This document shows positions 59,585 through 64,000 of a stretch of DNA of 64,000 nucleotides, piece by piece. The position numbers were made by a program, and so were the translations under genes. The stretch covers positions 192,001 through 256,000 of the forward strand of contig CAVZVA010000010.1 of NCBI GenBank assembly GCA_963778655.1. The letters are read 5' to 3'. Position 1 is the stretch's first letter. Each line of letters begins with the position of its first letter. The notes beneath the pieces are model-generated. The model ran no database searches and was not told where the DNA came from. It was given only the letters and a program-made list of their open reading frames with translations. Origin of the DNA: an uncultured delta proteobacterium (GTDB taxonomy: Bacteria > Myxococcota_A > Polyangia > Polyangiales > JAFGIB01).

Positions 59585-60016
59585 CTACAGGCTGGACGGG
59601 ACCCACGGGCCGACGCCTGCGATGCGGGTGGGCGCGATGCGGGTGATGAAGCCGGGGTTGCGGCGGAAGGGCTCGGGCGGGAACACCACGCTCGGCCCCA
59701 GGTACACGTGCGCCAGCCGCTGCAGCAAGTCCGCGGCGCCGCCCTCGGTGATGCGCGCGTTGCCATAGACGACCAGGTATTCGAGCAGCCCCATCGCGTT
59801 CTTCTTGTGGCCGAGCATCGAGAGGCCCACGCGCGGGTCACGGCGCACGTTCTTGACCTTCTGCCAGACGCCCATGTGCCCGCACACGAATTCGTCGTTC
59901 TCGATCCCGATCCACACCACCGACACCTGCGGGCTGCCGTCGCGGTTGAGCGTGGTCAGGTGGGCGTAGGGTCCGGTGGCAATCAGGTCGCGCATCGGTT
60001 GCGAAATCACGCTCAT
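59585..60016 (-). CDS. PPOX-class (F420/FMN-dependent) oxidoreductase
   Basis: AHLTTLNRDGSPQVSVVW..QKVKNVRRDPRV. Confidence 0.9.
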   Translation of the reverse strand: MSVISQPMRDLIATGPYAHLTTLNRDGSPQVSVVWIGIENDEFVCGHMGVWQKVKNVRRDPRVGLSMLGHKKNAMGLLEYLVVYGNARITEGGAADLLQRLAHVYLGPSVVFPPEPFRRNPGFITRIAPTRIAGVGPWVPSSL

Positions 60017-60219
60017 CTTCGCCCTCCCGGCTCAGTCTGACTGAGCCTACCGTGGAACCCCGCTGCGGCAAACCGGCGCACCCGCGCGCGCCGCGTCAGT
60101 GAACGACAGCCGTCAGCCCCAAGCCACCCTCGGCGGCAGTGTCGGGTGCCGCCGCTGAGCGCCGGCCGCACACCCCTGCTGCATCAGGGTGAAGCACCGG
60201 CTCATGAGCACGACCTGGC

Positions 60220-61716
60220 TCACCCGGCCCGGCCCACGATCTCCTCGACCAGCTCCGCGGGGAGCTGACCGCTGCGCTGCAGCTCGCGCATGCGCACGAT
60301 CGACTTGCCGCCGAGCTCGGCGATGCCGTGGCCCTCGAGCGTCTCGGTATACTGCTTGGGCGCGTAGGCGGCGAGCGCGCGCGGGTCCGAGCCTTGCAGC
60401 GCGTGCAGCAAGTCGAGCAGCGCGTCGAGCGAGTTCATCTTCATGAACGGGCAGCTCGCGCAGCCGCCGGCGGTCGAGCAACCCTCGCCCGCCAGCACCC
60501 CGGGCACGATCGGCAGCTCGCGCTCGCCGGTGCGCGCCACCGCCTCGGCCGCCACCGGAAACACGATCTCGACCACGATCTCGGGCCCGCCCGCGTCGCG
60601 CAGCGCGCGCAGCTGCTGCTGCACCTTGCGCGCGACCGGCGTGATCATGCCCGACTCGGTGCCCAGGATGAAACGCAGCTCCGCCGGCGCGCGCGCCGTC
60701 ACCGCCGCGCTCACCTTGGCGTTGATGAAGTCGAGAATGTTCGAGGTCGAGCCCACCACCCCGCGGCCCCGCCGCTGCGCCTCAAAGCCGAGCGCAAACA
60801 TCTCGCCCGGCACCTCGAGGTGCGCGGTCACGAACGCGTCCTGGTAGTCGCGGCGCACCTGCGCCACCACCGCCTCTCCGAACATGTGGTGCACGATGCA
60901 CACGCCCTGCTCGAAGTAGTGGAAGCGCTCGCGCGCCGCGGCCAGGCTCGCCGGGGTGTGCGCCGGGTGCAACTTTGCCACGCCAGCCGCGTCGAGGCCG
61001 GACAGCGCCTGCAGCATGTCCGCGAGGTTGCGGCCCATGTACGTGTCCGGCCCGAACCACACGTGCAGGTCCGGCACCTGCGCGTAGGCCTGCAGCAGCA
61101 GCGACAGCACGTTCGACGAGGTGCAGGTCAGCGTCGGCAGCAGGCTCTGCGCGCGCGCCTTCACCTTCAAGCTGGTGTTGACGTAGATGACGTGCAGCGA
61201 GCGCGGCGTGCGCGCGGCCTTGCTCAGATACGCGCCGTAAGCGGGCGCTTCGGCCGACTCCGCCAGCGAGCAGCCGATCGGATCCTTGGCCACGCGGAAC
61301 ACCGGCAGCTGGCCGTAACCCGCGGCGTCGAGCACGGCGCGCACGTTCTCGCTCATGAAGTCGACGCCGAGCACCACGATCGCGCGCGCGCCCTGCTGCG
61401 CCATGCGCAGCGCCTCGTCGGCCATCTTCAGCGAGTCGGCGATGCAAATGCGCGCCCCGTCGCAGGCCGACAGCACGCCCTGCAGCTCCGCGTCCATGTA
61501 GAAGTGCGCGACCACGCCCGCGCCGGTGCTCGCCAGCAGCTCCGAGAGCGCGGCCACCGCTTCCTCATCGGGATCGAGAAAGCTCGCCTGCGCCTGCGCG
61601 AAGCTGCCGCGCGGCTCGAAGCGATCGGCGTGGATGCGCAGCGCCGGAAAGGGCGCGGCCCCGATCGGCCGGCCGCTCACGCCGGATGCGCCCGGCTGCA
61701 TGCCGCTGGCTTGCAT
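60220..61716 (-). CDS. nadA: Quinolinate synthase
   Basis: VAHFYM, DSL, GVDFMSE, GCSLA, YVNTS, CTSSN, PDTYMG, CIVH, AHLE, GST, GTE, CPFMKMN. Confidence 0.93.
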   Translation of the reverse strand: MQASGMQPGASGVSGRPIGAAPFPALRIHADRFEPRGSFAQAQASFLDPDEEAVAALSELLASTGAGVVAHFYMDAELQGVLSACDGARICIADSLKMADEALRMAQQGARAIVVLGVDFMSENVRAVLDAAGYGQLPVFRVAKDPIGCSLAESAEAPAYGAYLSKAARTPRSLHVIYVNTSLKVKARAQSLLPTLTCTSSNVLSLLLQAYAQVPDLHVWFGPDTYMGRNLADMLQALSGLDAAGVAKLHPAHTPASLAAARERFHYFEQGVCIVHHMFGEAVVAQVRRDYQDAFVTAHLEVPGEMFALGFEAQRRGRGVVGSTSNILDFINAKVSAAVTARAPAELRFILGTESGMITPVARKVQQQLRALRDAGGPEIVVEIVFPVAAEAVARTGERELPIVPGVLAGEGCSTAGGCASCPFMKMNSLDALLDLLHALQGSDPRALAAYAPKQYTETLEGHGIAELGGKSIVRMRELQRSGQLPAELVEEIVGRAG

Positions 61717-61726
61717 GCCACTGCTC

Positions 61727-63736
61727 TTACCAGAGCCGACAGGTCGCGTCACGCCGGCGCCGGCGCGCCAGCACGAGCGAAAGCACTCCGAACGCCGCAA
61801 GCGCAGCAGGCCAGTCACGCGCGCGACCCACACTGCAGCCACAGCCGGCTCGCGCGCGCACGGGCGGCGACGCCTGCTTCGCCCGGGTCCCGGCCACCAC
61901 CACGGCGGCCCCAGGTCCACTCACCCCTGGTGCGCTGCCAGCGGGCGCGTCCGCCGAGCCTCCTGGCACGCCGTGTCCGAACAGCGTCACGACACCGTAT
62001 CCGGGCACCGCAAGACGCAGCGAGGCGTCCGCGACCACCGGCGTAGAGGGCTTGAGATAGCTGCCGTCGTGCGAGGTGACAGCCTCGAACGCGCCGAAGG
62101 CGCGCGGGGAGGTCGGCAGCACGACTGTCACGGAGGCGTCGCGTGGCGACGTATTGACGAGCACAACCGTCAAGCTGGCGTCGCGGTCGTGGAGATAGGC
62201 GCTGGCGAGCAACGCATCGTCTCCCCTCACGCGCGCCAGCACGCGCACCGCCCCCGGTCTGATGTAGCGGAAGAAGTGCTTGACGGCGACGTACTTCGGC
62301 GATGCGCCCCGCAGGTCTGCATCGGTCAGCGTTTCGCCACGGACGGGCTTGCCGTCGGTCAGTTGCCAGTACAGCCACGCGCTTTCCCGCCCTGCAGTCA
62401 GCGCTTGATGGATCTTCAGGGCGATGCCGAACGCGCCTTCGGAGGGAAAGCCGCCGGCCGGGGCCAGCCAGCTCGCCGCCTCACCCGAGGTTTCGGTCAT
62501 CCACGACTTCTTGTGGTAGGCGGTGAAGCCCTTGGCGAACGTGGGCAAGCCTCGCGCCGGCTCCCATGTCCAGCCCTCGGCCCACGCTTGCCACAGCGCC
62601 GGGCTCGCGCCGGCCGCCGTGACCCCATCCGCGGCATAGCCGTGGATGCAGAAAAAGTCGAGCGCGCGCGCTGCGGCCGGATCGGCAGCGACTGCCTGCA
62701 GCAGCTGCAGATTCCTGTGCCGCATGCTGCTTCCGCTGCCGGATTGCCACAGGCCGTATAGGTCTGCGCTCAGCAGATCCTCAGGGCCCATGATGCGAAT
62801 CGCCCGCAGATCGTCGTAGCGATTGAGCTCGGCCCGAGCTGCCTCCAGCGCGGCGACATAGCCCGCGGCCCGCGGATAAGAGCAGCTGTTGTAGTATTCC
62901 TCGAAGCTGAGCTCGTTCTGGAGGCTGATCGCATACAGGCGGACGCTATACTTGCGCTGAAACCCCCGCAGGTACGCGGCAAGCCCACGCGCGAATTGGG
63001 TCAGCGCGCTGGTCGGCCCGGTGCCGCCGAGGCTGCTGTCATCGAGCTCCACGCGCGGGATACCCGAGGTGTCCAGGACGCCGCCCGCGAAGTTCCCGTT
63101 CCAGATGAAGGGCCAGGGCGCGCCGTCGAGCGGCTTGCTGCCGCGCAGGCCGGCGATCGCGCGACCCGACGAAAGCTTGAGCCACGGCGCGGGTGACCAG
63201 AGCGAAGCGACCAGCTTGAAATCGCCCAGGGAGTGCAGCCGCTGCGCAGCAGCCTGGGCTGCGAGCCCCGCGCTCCTCGCCATCTCCGCGTCGAAGTCGA
63301 AGTACTCGAGGTTGCGGTCGATATCGGGTCCCATCACCGCGATCTTCGCGCTGTGACCGCCCCAGGGTCGCGCGTAGCTCGCCGCGTCCGTATAGGCACG
63401 AACGTTGTCGTGATCTGGCCCCGGCAGCGCGGCGGCACCCGGGAACCCAGGCGAGTTGTAGGCGAAGTCGGAGTACGGCGACTTGAAGCGCGGGGTGAGA
63501 TCGAAGCGCAAGATCGAGGCGCGCAGATCGTCGAAGTACAGCGCCTTCCACCATGACTGCTGCGCCTCGCCGCCACTCAGACAGGTGCCGAAGCCGTCGA
63601 TGGTCTGAGCCCGCCCCGCGGCCGAGGTGTCGATCTCGACCGTCTGCGCACGCGCCGGCGCGATGAACGCTGTTGCGCCGAGCAACACGGCGGCCGCCGC
63701 ACGTGGCCACAGGCGGCCGATCCGGGGGTCGAACAT
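61727..63736 (-). CDS. Glycoside hydrolase family 30-like protein with MYXO-CTERM anchor
   Basis: QTIDGFG, WSPAPWLK, SLQNE, HGY, WMTE, KHFFRYIRPGAVR; GCGCS..TM..RRRRR. Confidence 0.88.
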   Translation of the reverse strand: MFDPRIGRLWPRAAAAVLLGATAFIAPARAQTVEIDTSAAGRAQTIDGFGTCLSGGEAQQSWWKALYFDDLRASILRFDLTPRFKSPYSDFAYNSPGFPGAAALPGPDHDNVRAYTDAASYARPWGGHSAKIAVMGPDIDRNLEYFDFDAEMARSAGLAAQAAAQRLHSLGDFKLVASLWSPAPWLKLSSGRAIAGLRGSKPLDGAPWPFIWNGNFAGGVLDTSGIPRVELDDSSLGGTGPTSALTQFARGLAAYLRGFQRKYSVRLYAISLQNELSFEEYYNSCSYPRAAGYVAALEAARAELNRYDDLRAIRIMGPEDLLSADLYGLWQSGSGSSMRHRNLQLLQAVAADPAAARALDFFCIHGYAADGVTAAGASPALWQAWAEGWTWEPARGLPTFAKGFTAYHKKSWMTETSGEAASWLAPAGGFPSEGAFGIALKIHQALTAGRESAWLYWQLTDGKPVRGETLTDADLRGASPKYVAVKHFFRYIRPGAVRVLARVRGDDALLASAYLHDRDASLTVVLVNTSPRDASVTVVLPTSPRAFGAFEAVTSHDGSYLKPSTPVVADASLRLAVPGYGVVTLFGHGVPGGSADAPAGSAPGVSGPGAAVVVAGTRAKQASPPVRARAGCGCSVGRARDWPAALAAFGVLSLVLARRRRRDATCRLW

Positions 63737-63862
63737 GGTCGGCAGCTTGCCCGCGATTCGACGGCCCTTCAAACCGGGCTGCGCGCGCGGCGCACACCAA
63801 CCCGCGTTGACAGCTCTGCGCGCAGGTCGCATTGTCGCGCCCTTCACCTGCGAGGTGTCGTC

Positions 63863-64000
63863 GTGATCGAGGTCGGGGCACGCGCACAGGGTCGGATCGT
63901 ACTGATCGGCGGCGGAGTGCGCTCGGGCAAGAGTCGCTTCGCGCTCGCGCGAGCGCGCCAGCTCGGCCCGCGCCGTGCCTTCATCGCCACCGCGCAGCCA
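63863..64000 (+). CDS. cobU: Adenosylcobinamide kinase/guanylyltransferase, 5' part (runs off the window)
   Basis: Manual translation IVLIGGGVRSGKSRFAL...FIATAQ. Confidence 0.88.
   Translation, partial: MIEVGARAQGRIVLIGGGVRSGKSRFALARARQLGPRRAFIATAQP

Overview
This is a GC-rich bacterial window. MYXO-CTERM tails, Cys-rich lipoproteins and a kinase-AAA protein point to Myxococcota (inference). It has two parts. (1) 400-32104 is a ~31.7 kb tyrosine-integrase genomic island bounded by a perfect 62-bp direct repeat. The repeat is the 5' half of tRNA-Gly(GCC) plus its upstream sequence, so the island appears to supply the 5' half and promoter of the intact tRNA (364-437); the -35 box overlaps the integrase stop codon. 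A decayed, inverted copy of the same integrase lies on the other side of the tRNA. The island carries an excisionase-like gene, traK and an IncP-like oriT but no relaxase. It holds many nested or truncated IS elements (IS91 x2, ISL3, IS21, IS3 x2, IS701, IS66, and a Y1/HUH transposase with inverted ends), host-gene fragments, a decayed toxin-antitoxin pair and a catalytically altered tyrosine recombinase. The most notable cargo is three two-gene cassettes, each a secreted glutamic-peptidase lipoprotein (neprosin/G3, G1-like, G1) followed by an unrelated lipoprotein. Two cassettes share a conserved promoter block and a paralogous divergent REC-LuxR regulator. An HEXXH peptidase remnant missed by the ORF track is also present. 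(2) 32105-64000 is core-like backbone: MarR, LolC/E-type permease, lytic transglycosylase, dnaJ, hemW, folA, thyA, ccmAB, amidohydrolase, kinase-ATPase, GT-C, nadA, GH30 and cobU. It also has a 3x104-bp REP-like array and an uncharacterised HTH gene surrounded by four GGAW-N6-TTCC palindromes. All family calls are motif recognition by eye; no searches were run.
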